From positions 40,742 to 104,741 of the forward strand of contig CAMTOJ010000002.1 of assembly GCA_947074145.1 (NCBI GenBank): DNA of 64,000 nt, given 5' to 3'. Shown here in pieces: positions 1 through 10,224 of this stretch; the stretch's first letter is position 1, and the number at the start of each line of letters is the position of its first letter. The position numbers and the translations under genes are program-made. Origin of the DNA: an uncultured Bacteroidales bacterium (GTDB lineage Bacteria; Bacteroidota; Bacteroidia; Bacteroidales; JAUNSR01). The notes beneath the pieces are model-generated. The model did not search any database and was not told where the DNA came from. It worked only from the letters and a program-made list of their open reading frames with translations.

Positions 1-1
1 A

Positions 2-448
2 AAATTACCTTTCGTGGTAAAGGTAGGGTCTTTAACTGATGCACAGTTGGATGCTGGTCTTACAGAAGAAAAGGCTGTTGCAATCATCAACAAAGGAAAT
101 AAAAAGGAAATTGAAAAAAATGGTCTTGTAGGTTTCTTACGTGATACAATCTTTGTAAATGTACAGGACACAATCTTCGGAAAAGGATTTAATGCAGACT
201 CTATCAAATTTGTACCTTTCACAGGTGGACAGAAAGGTATCGAGCTTGAAACTCGAGATCTTATCAACTCATCAGGTTATATCCTTCGTCTGTTTGAAGC
301 TAGAACACTTTACAAAGACTACTTAAATGGTCTTGATGCTCAGGAAGTAATCAACATTACTGACCGTGCTCGTAAATTGGAAAAATATCCTGGTCTTAAA
401 GTGGGTGATCTTGAAGAGCCAAATAATAATGCCGGTAACTGGGAGTAA
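2..448 (+). CDS. 3' end of a CDS entering from upstream of the window (hypothetical protein, C-terminal ~148 aa)
   Basis: The frame of ORF 14..448 stays open back to nt 2 (K-L-P-F precede the listed GTG). No family recognised from this tail. Confidence 0.5.
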   Translation, partial: KLPFVVKVGSLTDAQLDAGLTEEKAVAIINKGNKKEIEKNGLVGFLRDTIFVNVQDTIFGKGFNADSIKFVPFTGGQKGIELETRDLINSSGYILRLFEARTLYKDYLNGLDAQEVINITDRARKLEKYPGLKVGDLEEPNNNAGNWE

Positions 449-482
449 TAGTTTCTTGGTTTTATAAAAAATACAAAATCGT

Positions 483-1304
483 ATGGACATATCTTCTTTA
501 TATGATAAAGCGGAATGTGTAGATACAAAAGAATATTCATTATCCATCCGGCTTATGCCGGGTGGATTTTCTTTTTCTATACATAACAAACTTGTAGATA
601 ACTCTTTCGTCTATTTTGATCGTAAAGGCAATGATGCTCTCTATTCTTTAATGGATTTTGAGAATAGTATTATTGCAGAGGATATTCTATGTGATGAATA
701 TAATGATATCAATCTGATTGTTGCCTCTGACAGGTTTACTTTGGTTCCTGCTGAACTGTTTGATGAAAATGAATTTTTGAAATTCTATGAATTCAATATA
801 GAGAGTAGGGATGAAGAGGTGGTGTATAAATATATGCCAGGTAATGATTGTTATATTATATTCGGAATCGATACAGATAAGTATTTGTTTCTTAAACGTA
901 CCTTTTCCGATTTGAATATATATCATCACCTTGAAATATTGGGTGAATATTTCGTGTCTAAGAGTAGGATGGGGAATAGTGAAAAGATGTATTGTCAGGT
1001 AAGATACGGTATGCTTGATATAATATGTTATAAGAAAGGGAAGTTGTGTTTTATGAATAGTTTCAGATATAAGCACATCGATGATGTAACATATTTTGTG
1101 ATGAATATATGGAAAACTTTAGGTTATGATCAATATAAAGACTCACTTCAGATAATATCTGACGGAGAGATAACATCGTCATTAATTAATACACTAAAGG
1201 AGTATATATCGTTGGTTACACCTGTTGTTTTCCCAAGTGAAGCATTCAATTTAGGAAAGCAATGCCTGAACGCACCTTTCGATATAATACCTATTTATAA
1301 ATAA
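483..1304 (+). CDS. DUF3822-family protein
   Basis: 273 aa. The N-terminal 'YSLSIRLMPGGFSFSI' resembles the conserved DUF3822 start, and it sits beside rsmD as is common in Bacteroidota. Recognised from memory only. Confidence 0.6.
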   Translation: MDISSLYDKAECVDTKEYSLSIRLMPGGFSFSIHNKLVDNSFVYFDRKGNDALYSLMDFENSIIAEDILCDEYNDINLIVASDRFTLVPAELFDENEFLKFYEFNIESRDEEVVYKYMPGNDCYIIFGIDTDKYLFLKRTFSDLNIYHHLEILGEYFVSKSRMGNSEKMYCQVRYGMLDIICYKKGKLCFMNSFRYKHIDDVTYFVMNIWKTLGYDQYKDSLQIISDGEITSSLINTLKEYISLVTPVVFPSEAFNLGKQCLNAPFDIIPIYK

Positions 1305-1381
1305 ATCTCAAGAGATTTGAACTAAAAATACTAATTGGCCTTACATAGATAGGTGATAAAAAATCAAGAAAAAAATATTAT

Positions 1382-1951
1382 ATGAGAGTAATAGCCGGTA
1401 AATATAAAAGACGACGTTTCGATCTGCCAAAGAATCTAAAAGCAAGACCTACTACTGATTTTGCAAAAGAGAATCTTTTCAATGTGCTTAACAATATGAT
1501 TGATTTTGAAGATATAAAAGCACTTGATTTGTTTTCCGGAACCGGAGCTATCAGTTTTGAATTGCTCTCTCGCGGAGCATCCGAGGTTGTTAGCGTAGAA
1601 AAACAATATGCTCATCATGAATTTATCAAGAAAGTGGCAAAAGAGCTTAAAGATGATAATCTTATAGCCATAAAAGGTGATGTGTTTAAGTTTATTGATT
1701 CTTCAAAGGAAAGATTCGATTTTATCTTTGCAGACCCACCCTACGATCTTCCTAATTTGGAGATGATTCCGGAATTAGTTTTTAAAAGTGGTTTAATGGA
1801 TGATGATACATTGTTTATTCTTGAGCATTCCTCAAAAAATGATTTCTCTTCATATCCGGAATTTGACCAATTAAGGGTATATGGAAGTGTAAACTTTAGT
1901 TTTTTCACCAAGAAAACAAATACAAATACAAGTGAAGACCAGAATAAATAA
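1382..1951 (+). CDS. rsmD: 16S rRNA (guanine966-N2)-methyltransferase RsmD
   Basis: 189 aa. 'MRVIAGKYKRRRF', 'RPTTDFAKENLFN', SAM motif 'LDLFSGTGAISFE' and catalytic 'FADPPY'. Confidence 0.9.
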   Translation: MRVIAGKYKRRRFDLPKNLKARPTTDFAKENLFNVLNNMIDFEDIKALDLFSGTGAISFELLSRGASEVVSVEKQYAHHEFIKKVAKELKDDNLIAIKGDVFKFIDSSKERFDFIFADPPYDLPNLEMIPELVFKSGLMDDDTLFILEHSSKNDFSSYPEFDQLRVYGSVNFSFFTKKTNTNTSEDQNK

Positions 1952-2001
1952 CTATTTGTTTGCTTAGAGAAAAGTATATCAAAATATATAATACAGATTT
2001 T

Positions 2002-2042
2002 AACCGATTGATAATTGAAAAATTTTCAATCGGTTATTTTTT
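2002..2042 (+). terminator. Rho-independent terminator after rsmD
   Basis: AACCGATTGA ... TCAATCGGTT perfect 10-bp stem followed by a T-run (ATTTTTTG). Confidence 0.8.
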
Positions 2043-2955
2043 GTAAAAAAGTGAATGTTTAAATAAGACAAATAGATCACAAAAAAACTATATGTGAAAA
2101 ATCAATATTAATACCAAAGTAATGTAAATCATTAACACTTATTTGTTTCAATTTAAAACCTTGTTATATTATTGATAATAAGGATTGTGTGTATAATGTG
2201 TGGTGAGGTGTCTTTAATTGAGTCCTTTTGGGTTATAAATTGTAAGCAATAGAATCGAAATGCTGTTTAACATAAAACAAATGTTGTATTAACTTTACAA
2301 GAGAATAGTATTTAGAGTATAATTTTGATATCACTTTATAACGTTTTTTATTCTATATTTATTCTAATAATATCATCAAAATGTTTATTTTTGTGCTATA
2401 AAATATTCAGTTATTTTGAGATATTGAGAATATTTTGGTTTGCAAATTGGAACTAAACCTAACAAATTGTAATAAGTTTGAGGAAAAATCTGAAAAAGTG
2501 CTAAACTGAAAAGATGTCGGATTGAGAGATGAAATGTTAGAAGTTTTATTTTTCAAAATTGTAGATACAATACATATCCGAAAAGATTGAGCTATGGTAT
2601 GGCGTAACATAAAAAAGTGCCTGCCTGATTTTTTTAAAGAGTGGATAAATCGCATTTGCTAATAAAGAATAAGCAATAAGTTTATATCGATAAGTTTATA
2701 CCTTGTGCGGGTACTAAGAATTTAATTAATTGACGTTTGCTATGAGTTTTTATTTTAATAATATGAGATTAAATCTCGCCATTAAAGAATTTAAGTGTTG
2801 TTCATTAATCTGGCGTAACATAAAACGACGCCCATTTTAATATTACTATTTGCTTTTATATAAGTAGCGTTTTCTCCAAAACGCCTACCTGAACCAAATG
2901 ATTCATACTAAGAAATCTATTTATTATTAACATTCATAATTAATCAAAAAGAAAG

Positions 2956-5901
2956 ATGAGAAGATTTATTCTCTTGATCATTTCTTTTTCAATGTTGAGC
3001 ATCTCTATGACTTATGCCCAGTCGTTTACATTGCGTGGTAATGTATTTGATTCGGAAACAAAAGAGCCATTGATCGGAGCTTCAATTATCGAAAAAGGAA
3101 CGACAAACGGGGTTACAGCGGATTTCGATGGAAATTACTCGCTGGAAATTAATGGTGACAATGCCATCGTTCAGATCTCCTACATCGGCTACAAAAGTGT
3201 GGAGAAGGCAGTATCTGCCTCAGCTGCAAGGTTTGATGTAGCTATGCAGAGTGATGCACACATGGTGGACGAGGTTGTTGTTGTAGCATACGGTGTACGT
3301 AAGAAAGGAACAATTGCCGGATCTGTATCGGTAGTAAAAGGCGAGAAACTTGAGTCGGTGCCAACAGCAAGTTTTGACCAGGCACTTCAGGGTCAGACAC
3401 CGGGTCTTCAGGTAGTTGCTAATTCGGGAGAACCAAGTGCGGCAGCTAATTTCCAGATTCGTGGTGTTAACTCGATCAATGCAGGAACTGCGCCTTTGTT
3501 CATCATGGATGGGATAGCAATTTCATCAGATGACTTTTCCTCGGTAAATCCAAGTGATATAGAAAGCATATCTGTTTTGAAAGATGCGTCTTCTACATCT
3601 ATTTATGGAGCTCGTGCAGCCAATGGTGTTGTGGTTATTACAACAAAACGCGGTAGAATGGGAGATAACGGAAATATCTCAGTTCGTGCACAGTATGGTT
3701 TCTCAAAACTTGCTTATGGTAAGTGGAATCAGATGAATACAAAAGAGCGTCTTGATTATGAAGAGGAGATTGGTATGAGAATAGCAGGTCAGTATGACCG
3801 CGAATTACTTGAGCGTACAAATGTAGACTGGAGAAATGTGGTCTATAATGATGCAGCACCATTTAAGAATATTGAAATCTCTGCAAGTGGAGCTACAAAT
3901 AGATTCAATTATTATGTATCAGGTAATATGTATGATCAGGAAGGTATTGCTATCGATTCTGATTTCAAACGTTATACAGTAAGAGCAAATCTTGAAGCTA
4001 AAGTTAATGACTGGTTTAAAATTGGTACAAACACCACTTTTGCTTATGAAGATATTAGAGAGGCAAATGATGGTTCTTATACAACCGTAACGCCTATCTC
4101 TGCATCGAGATTTATGCGTCCTTACTGGTCGCCTTATGCTGAAGACGGCTCTATCGCAAGTCTGTTAAACGGAACATGGCTTGGATCTAACACTAATCCT
4201 CTTGACTGGTCGGCAAACAATCCGTCAAAGAACAACAAATCAAAATTGCTATCAACCATATTTGCTGAAATCTCTCCAATAGAGGGATTAACAATCAGAA
4301 CAATGGGAGGTGTCGACTTTGTTGATTTCAGAGGCGATTCATATTCTAACCCTTCATATGTTCCAAATTATGGAGAGGGTTATGTGGGTCGTGCATTCGA
4401 ACGTTACTACAATCTGACATGGACAAATACAGCTAATTATAATATGACTATTTCTGATAGCCATAATTTTAATTTCCTGATAGGACAGGAAGCTGTTAAC
4501 AATCAGATGGAATCATTTAGCAGTTCTGCAATTGGTCAAACGAATGATCTTCTTTTAAATCTTTCAGCGGGTACTACTGCAAACAATCCGAATGATAGTT
4601 ATGTAGGAGCAACCTATCTTTCTGTTTTTGGTAGAGCGGAATATAACTACGAAAACAAATATTACACAGACCTTTCTGTTCGTCGTGACGGATCATCAAG
4701 ATTTGGAAAAAATTCACGTTGGGCAAACTTCTGGTCTGTAGGAGCTATGTGGGATCTTACAAGTGAAGAATTTTTAAATACAAATTCATGGGTTAACAGC
4801 CTACAGCTTTCCGCAAGTGCGGGAACATCCGGTAACTCATCTATTCCTGCTTATGATCATCTTGCTCTTGTAAGTGCAGGTCCTCAATACGGACTTGGTT
4901 CAGCCTCAATGCCGGGTATTGCTCCGTCGTCACCGGGTAATGAAGACCTTACATGGGAAAAACTTTTCACAACAAACGTTGCTGTTAAAGGTAGCTTCTT
5001 TGGAAGAGTTAATATGGGTGTTGAATTCTATAATAAGAATACAACAGATATGTTGATGTCGGTTCCTGTCTCAATGGTTAACGGTTATTCTTTCCAGTGG
5101 GAAAATGTAGGATCGATGTACAATAGAGGTGTTGAACTTGATTTTAATGTTGATGTAATCAGAACAAGAGGTTTTGTATGGAATGTAAATGCAAATGCAT
5201 CATATAATAAAAACCAAATCACTTCACTTTACAATGACAGAGATGAGTACGAAATCACAAATACCAATCTTTATCTTAAAGTGGGACACTCATACGGAGA
5301 ATTTTTCATAAACCGTTTTGCCGGAGTAAATCCAGCAAACGGAGATCAGCTTTGGTATGACAGGGACGGAAACGTTACTACTGAATTTAACGAAAATGAC
5401 AAGGTGCTTGTTGGAAAAAGCTATAATGCTCCGTGGTCAGGTGGTTTTGGAACAACATTATCATACAAAGGTCTCTCTTTAAGCGCACAGTTTAGCTGGG
5501 TTGCGGATAGATATATGATGAACAATGACAGATATTTTGATGAAAGTAACGGAACATTTGCGACTTACAACCAGTCGAATAAACTTCTTTACGATCGTTG
5601 GAAACAGCCTGGAGATGTTACATCAATTCCTCGTCATGGTGAGATTACACAGTTTGACGACCGATTGTTGGAAGATGCATCATTCTTGCGTCTTAAAAAC
5701 CTAACTCTAAGCTATAACTTCGATAAGAAATTACTTCAAAAGACAAAAATTATAAAAGGGGTACGAGTTTACGGACAGGGACAAAACCTGTTGACGTTTA
5801 CTGCTTTCGAGGGAATGGATCCGGAATCAACAGCTAATGTATATCAGGCTGCTTATCCGATGACACGTCAGTTCTCTGTAGGGGCTGAAATTACTTTCTA
5901 A
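2956..5901 (+). CDS. SusC/RagA-family TonB-dependent outer-membrane transporter
   Basis: 981 aa. Signal peptide, N-terminal carboxypeptidase-regulatory-like domain ('LRGNVFDSETKEPLIGASI...TDFDGNYSL'), plug ('VVVVAYGVRKKGTIAGSV', 'ISVLKDASSTSIYGARAANGVVVITTKRG'), C-terminal 'FSVGAEITF'. No STN / anti-sigma signalling extension. Confidence 0.95.
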   Translation: MRRFILLIISFSMLSISMTYAQSFTLRGNVFDSETKEPLIGASIIEKGTTNGVTADFDGNYSLEINGDNAIVQISYIGYKSVEKAVSASAARFDVAMQSDAHMVDEVVVVAYGVRKKGTIAGSVSVVKGEKLESVPTASFDQALQGQTPGLQVVANSGEPSAAANFQIRGVNSINAGTAPLFIMDGIAISSDDFSSVNPSDIESISVLKDASSTSIYGARAANGVVVITTKRGRMGDNGNISVRAQYGFSKLAYGKWNQMNTKERLDYEEEIGMRIAGQYDRELLERTNVDWRNVVYNDAAPFKNIEISASGATNRFNYYVSGNMYDQEGIAIDSDFKRYTVRANLEAKVNDWFKIGTNTTFAYEDIREANDGSYTTVTPISASRFMRPYWSPYAEDGSIASLLNGTWLGSNTNPLDWSANNPSKNNKSKLLSTIFAEISPIEGLTIRTMGGVDFVDFRGDSYSNPSYVPNYGEGYVGRAFERYYNLTWTNTANYNMTISDSHNFNFLIGQEAVNNQMESFSSSAIGQTNDLLLNLSAGTTANNPNDSYVGATYLSVFGRAEYNYENKYYTDLSVRRDGSSRFGKNSRWANFWSVGAMWDLTSEEFLNTNSWVNSLQLSASAGTSGNSSIPAYDHLALVSAGPQYGLGSASMPGIAPSSPGNEDLTWEKLFTTNVAVKGSFFGRVNMGVEFYNKNTTDMLMSVPVSMVNGYSFQWENVGSMYNRGVELDFNVDVIRTRGFVWNVNANASYNKNQITSLYNDRDEYEITNTNLYLKVGHSYGEFFINRFAGVNPANGDQLWYDRDGNVTTEFNENDKVLVGKSYNAPWSGGFGTTLSYKGLSLSAQFSWVADRYMMNNDRYFDESNGTFATYNQSNKLLYDRWKQPGDVTSIPRHGEITQFDDRLLEDASFLRLKNLTLSYNFDKKLLQKTKIIKGVRVYGQGQNLLTFTAFEGMDPESTANVYQAAYPMTRQFSVGAEITF

Positions 5902-5921
5902 CAGAAAAAGTGACATTAACG

Positions 5922-7436
5922 ATGAAAAAAATAAAAATATATTCTTTAATACTACTGATGGCTGTGTCATCATCTTGCTCGGATTTTCTGACAGAGATGC
6001 CAAACGGATCTATCCCTCAGGATGAAGCAATCAAGAATCTGGATGATTGCAGCGCTGCTGTCGTAGGAATCTATAGTGCATTCAAAAGTAGTGCATTATA
6101 TAGCGGTTACATGACACAGTTGCCGGATCTACAAGCAGATATGGGATATCTGTCTCTTTCAAATACCGGAGTATATGCAGATGTTTACAGATGGAATATC
6201 AATCCATCAACCTCTCAGATTGTGAGCATATATTCAGGACTATATCAGATCATAGCACGTTGTAACTTCTTTTTCGATTATACTGACAGAGTACGTGAAT
6301 CGTTGACTTCAGAATCAGATATTCAAATACTTGAAAGACGTATGGGTGATGTTTATTTTGCTCGCGCTCTTGCTTACTCAGAATTGTTAAGACATTTCTG
6401 CGAACCTTATACAGAAGAAACAGCAGATGATGAAAACTCAGGAGTTTCTATTTCTCTAAGTTATGTAAATACATCAAAAGCTATCAAACGCTCTACTTTA
6501 AGAGAATCGTATGCTCAGGTTATTTCAGATCTTGATAATGCAGAGAAATTTATTCCTGCATCAAGAGCGGTTGCTGATTCTGAATATTTCAGTCCTGGTT
6601 CTGTATTGGCTCTCAAATCAAGAATTTATCTATATATGGGAGAGTATCAGAAGTCTGTCGATGCAGCTAATAGCATTATCAAAAGTGAGGTTTACGAACT
6701 TGCTGATGCCGTTTATGCTACAAGCACAGGATATTCAGATTATGGAAACATGTGGGTTTTCGATTCCAGCGATGAGATTATCTGGAAAGTTGCAATGACA
6801 ACAACCGACAGAGGTGGATCTCTTGGTAGAATTTTCCTTAACTACAATGGCGCATCTTATGCACCTGATTATGTAGTGCCTAATGTGTTGATAAACCTTT
6901 ATGATGATGCAGACTATAGATATATCTATTTCTTCTCAGAAATCACAGCAGCTGACGGAACAATGCCTACTGTCTTGAGAAAATATATTGGTAATCCTAA
7001 TATTGACTCAGGTTCTACAAGATATTTCACCAACATGCCAAAGGTATTCCGTCTTTCTGAAGTTTATCTTAATCGCGCTGAAGCTAATTATAATTTAGGA
7101 AATTATTCAGCTGCACTTAATGACCTTACTTCAATCAGAAGAAAAAGAATCCAAGGTTACGGATCTGCTTCAGGTTCAGGAACAGGTATTCTTGATGAGA
7201 TCAAAGAGGAAAGAATCAGAGAATTATATATGGAAGGTTTCCGCCTTTATGACTTGAAAAGATGGGGCGATGAAATCAAACGCACAAAGCAGCTATATAC
7301 AATTGATGGAGCTAATGAAAATGAATTGAATATTTTGCCAACTGATGCAGCATATCGCTTCACTACCTGGCCGATACCACAACATGAGATTGAAGCTTCA
7401 AATAATGTAGTAGTAGGAAATAAAAGCAACTATTAA
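5922..7436 (+). CDS. SusD/RagB-family nutrient-binding outer-membrane lipoprotein
   Basis: Follows SusC by 20 nt. Lipobox 'AVSSSCSDF'. TPR-like SusD motifs ('RAEANYNLGNYSAALNDLTSIR', 'ERIRELYMEGFRLYDLKRW'). I prefer ATG 5922 (MKKIKIY) over the listed GTG 5910. Confidence 0.9.
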   Translation: MKKIKIYSLILLMAVSSSCSDFLTEMPNGSIPQDEAIKNLDDCSAAVVGIYSAFKSSALYSGYMTQLPDLQADMGYLSLSNTGVYADVYRWNINPSTSQIVSIYSGLYQIIARCNFFFDYTDRVRESLTSESDIQILERRMGDVYFARALAYSELLRHFCEPYTEETADDENSGVSISLSYVNTSKAIKRSTLRESYAQVISDLDNAEKFIPASRAVADSEYFSPGSVLALKSRIYLYMGEYQKSVDAANSIIKSEVYELADAVYATSTGYSDYGNMWVFDSSDEIIWKVAMTTTDRGGSLGRIFLNYNGASYAPDYVVPNVLINLYDDADYRYIYFFSEITAADGTMPTVLRKYIGNPNIDSGSTRYFTNMPKVFRLSEVYLNRAEANYNLGNYSAALNDLTSIRRKRIQGYGSASGSGTGILDEIKEERIRELYMEGFRLYDLKRWGDEIKRTKQLYTIDGANENELNILPTDAAYRFTTWPIPQHEIEASNNVVVGNKSNY

Positions 7437-7457
7437 TAATAAAGAAACTAACAGACA

Positions 7458-8330
7458 ATGAATAAAATCATTAAAAATTTAGCTTATATGGCAGTTGCGG
7501 CTTTGGGTTTGGTATCATGTAAATCCGAAGATGTAACATACGAAGGACCTAAGTTCGTTATGTTTGCCGACACTACTATAACAATGCCTGTATTCAGCGA
7601 TGATCCTGTTTACGATCTTTATGTTGTAACAACACAAACAAGTTCCGTTGACAGAAATTACGCCGTAGATGTAATGTCAGATGGATCTTCTGCAATCAGA
7701 GGGTATCATTATGATTTTGTTGATGGTAGCAATAATATAACTATTAAGGCTGGAGAAAATAAAGCACCGGTAAAAATCAAGAGCTATTATGATAATATTA
7801 GTTTTCAGGATTCATTGGTTCTAAAACTTGAACTTGTAGCACCTAAGGATGAATATATCGATTGCTATTCGACTCATACAGCGATAGAATTTACAAAAAT
7901 AGCTCCTTTTGATATAAATACATTTGTAAAAGAGAATGGTGAACACGCAAGAATGACAGCGACTTGGCCTTTGTCAACAACAGCTACTCGTTACTATCGT
8001 CAGTCATTGATAAGAGCAAATGATAGATTTGTTATCAAAAATATGATCAATCCGGGATTTGATATTATAGCTCATTTTGATAATTCGGATCCTGCAAATC
8101 CAAAAATGAAAGTGCCTGAGCAGAGAATGTTCATCGACGGCAATTATGGAGAGGTTTATTGTCGCACAGTAAATTCTTTTCCTTCTTATTTTGTCGCTCA
8201 CGAACATTATTTCGTGCTTTATCTTGAAGTCTACGTTCCTCAAATCGGAAGTTTCGGAGTTTACTCTTATACTATCGAAAGTATTACAGAGGATGTTTAT
8301 ATGAACAACGTTAATGGAATTATCAAGTAA
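7458..8330 (+). CDS. Operon-encoded lipoprotein of unknown function (possibly DUF4843-like)
   Basis: 290 aa, lipobox 'GLVSCKSEDV', 21 nt after susD. The family guess rests only on position and size. Confidence 0.6.
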   Translation: MNKIIKNLAYMAVAALGLVSCKSEDVTYEGPKFVMFADTTITMPVFSDDPVYDLYVVTTQTSSVDRNYAVDVMSDGSSAIRGYHYDFVDGSNNITIKAGENKAPVKIKSYYDNISFQDSLVLKLELVAPKDEYIDCYSTHTAIEFTKIAPFDINTFVKENGEHARMTATWPLSTTATRYYRQSLIRANDRFVIKNMINPGFDIIAHFDNSDPANPKMKVPEQRMFIDGNYGEVYCRTVNSFPSYFVAHEHYFVLYLEVYVPQIGSFGVYSYTIESITEDVYMNNVNGIIK

Positions 8331-8355
8331 TAACACTATTCAAGAGTAAACTTAT

Positions 8356-10206
8356 ATGAAAAATATAAATAGAATATTCGCTTCACTTTTAGCTGTCAAT
8401 TCTTTATTCTTCTTTCCCTCATGTGATAAGGAGGAAGAAAAAATAGTATTGACATTTGAAGTACCTGCTGCTACTACAGGTTTGGTATTCATGGCCGAAG
8501 GTTCTGATTCACAAACAATAGAATTTGTAGCAAACGGACAATGGAATGCAACATATTCAGCAAGTTGGTTTAATATAACCCCGAGAACTGGAAACGGTGC
8601 GGGAGTTATTGAAGTAACAGTGGTGGATAACGCTACGTTCGATCAGCGCCAGGGAGATATCACTATCAGAGATACAGAAACCGGAATTTCACAGAAAGTG
8701 ACTGTAACTCAGGGAGCAAAAGATCAATCTCTTGTTTTCAGCAAAGAGATGGCTTCGCTTACTATAAGTGATGTTTGTATATCGGATACGGTAAATGTAG
8801 CAGGAAACTATGCATGGGAGATATCCGAAATATCTGAATGGTTATCATATGAATTTATTGAGGAGAATCTTTCACAAAATTCAAGAACCATTGTCTTTTA
8901 CGCAGATATGACAAAACTTTCTCATATCGAGGAAACAGGAGAAGTGGTGTTCAAGGGTAACAACAATAATATCAAAGATACCCATTATCCGGTTTATTAT
9001 CCGGGATTCGAACCTATAGTATCATTGAAGTCAGGATTAGGATTAAGCTTTATTGATGTTGTTGATAATACTTTTGATTTTAATATTTCAAGTTCAAATG
9101 TTATCAGAATCGGACTCGAAATCACTGCTAATTATGAATATGAATTGACAGAACTTGATCATAGAATTACTCGTGTTCAGAATCAAAACGAAGATGTAAA
9201 GATTCAGAGCGGAGTATCGGCAAAAAGAAAGTATTTCGTTTATTATGATGCCGATAGTATCTATACAGAAGATATTTATGCAAATATCACTCTTAGAGCT
9301 ACTGATCTTGAAGGAATTGACGATGTTAATTTAAAGGGACGTGTAAAAGGAGTGGGAAGTGAATACTTATCTACCGATTATAGTAATTTCAAAAGAAATG
9401 ATATCGGTTTTCTATATTTAGAAGGAGGATCAAGAGATTCTAATGGAGAAGCAACAGGTTATCTTAGTGAGACTTTGAAAATATCTACATCTTATCCATT
9501 GTCGAATAATGAATCTGAATGGCCTTTTTCTATAATTGTTACTGAGTGTAAAGGCGGAATCCCTTTTTATTCTACAACACAAATAAGAGATTCATGGGTC
9601 TATGTAACAAAGATGCCTGAGGAAACAAAAGTGCCAATCGCTACTACTGATTTTCAAGTAAGAGTAGGAGTAAGAGGTGAAGATGAATCTGATTTTGCAC
9701 CTTCTAACGAAAGACAGTTTGCATTATTTATTATTCCGAAATCATTAGGAGTTGTATCAGCTGAAGAACTATTTGATGAAAACGGAACAGTGAAGAGAGA
9801 CTATTCATCTTTATTCCGTGCAATTTCGCAGAATGGTGTTGAAGCAACATATAACTTCATTTGTCCGCAGATGCCGGAAAATATTCTTGAAATTGACGCT
9901 AATACAAAAGAAGCTTATATCGAAGTTTATGATGAAAATGTTCCGGTTTCTTTAGGATTCAGATTCTTTACAGATTATAGAATCTTGAACAACAGAGTAC
10001 TTGGTAAAGGGCGTCCTTACAATGATCTTATCATTGAAGATGTAGAATATGAATTCAAAGATCTTAAAAACACTTTGAAAATCACATTCAATCCTAATAC
10101 AACATCATCGGAAAGAAGAGGAACTTATGGATTCGGTATCAATTTCTATAATGAATATCTACCAGGCTATAGCTTCGATATAATACAAAAAGCCTCAAAC
10201 GAATAA
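8356..10206 (+). CDS. BACON-domain surface lipoprotein
   Basis: 616 aa, lipobox 'FFPSCDKEEE'. BACON-like segment 'SDSQTIEFVANGQWNATYSASWFNITPRTGNGAGVIEVTVVDNATFDQRQGDITI...KVTVTQ', and a second degenerate copy ('NVAGNYAWEISEISEWLSYE'). Confidence 0.8.
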   Translation: MKNINRIFASLLAVNSLFFFPSCDKEEEKIVLTFEVPAATTGLVFMAEGSDSQTIEFVANGQWNATYSASWFNITPRTGNGAGVIEVTVVDNATFDQRQGDITIRDTETGISQKVTVTQGAKDQSLVFSKEMASLTISDVCISDTVNVAGNYAWEISEISEWLSYEFIEENLSQNSRTIVFYADMTKLSHIEETGEVVFKGNNNNIKDTHYPVYYPGFEPIVSLKSGLGLSFIDVVDNTFDFNISSSNVIRIGLEITANYEYELTELDHRITRVQNQNEDVKIQSGVSAKRKYFVYYDADSIYTEDIYANITLRATDLEGIDDVNLKGRVKGVGSEYLSTDYSNFKRNDIGFLYLEGGSRDSNGEATGYLSETLKISTSYPLSNNESEWPFSIIVTECKGGIPFYSTTQIRDSWVYVTKMPEETKVPIATTDFQVRVGVRGEDESDFAPSNERQFALFIIPKSLGVVSAEELFDENGTVKRDYSSLFRAISQNGVEATYNFICPQMPENILEIDANTKEAYIEVYDENVPVSLGFRFFTDYRILNNRVLGKGRPYNDLIIEDVEYEFKDLKNTLKITFNPNTTSSERRGTYGFGINFYNEYLPGYSFDIIQKASNE

Positions 10207-10224
10207 CTATAATTAGAAATAATA

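Noticed and set aside
323-1076. Minus-strand ORFs 323..589, 340..540 and 687..1076 overlapping the first two genes
   Set aside because: They are antisense to well-supported CDSs, and their translations are Ile/Phe/Lys-rich and low-complexity, as expected from AT-rich antisense frames.
2407-2655. 82-aa minus-strand ORF in the rsmD-susC spacer
   Set aside because: Low-complexity Ser/Phe/Asn-rich translation with no recognisable motif, lying in a region better explained as regulatory spacer.
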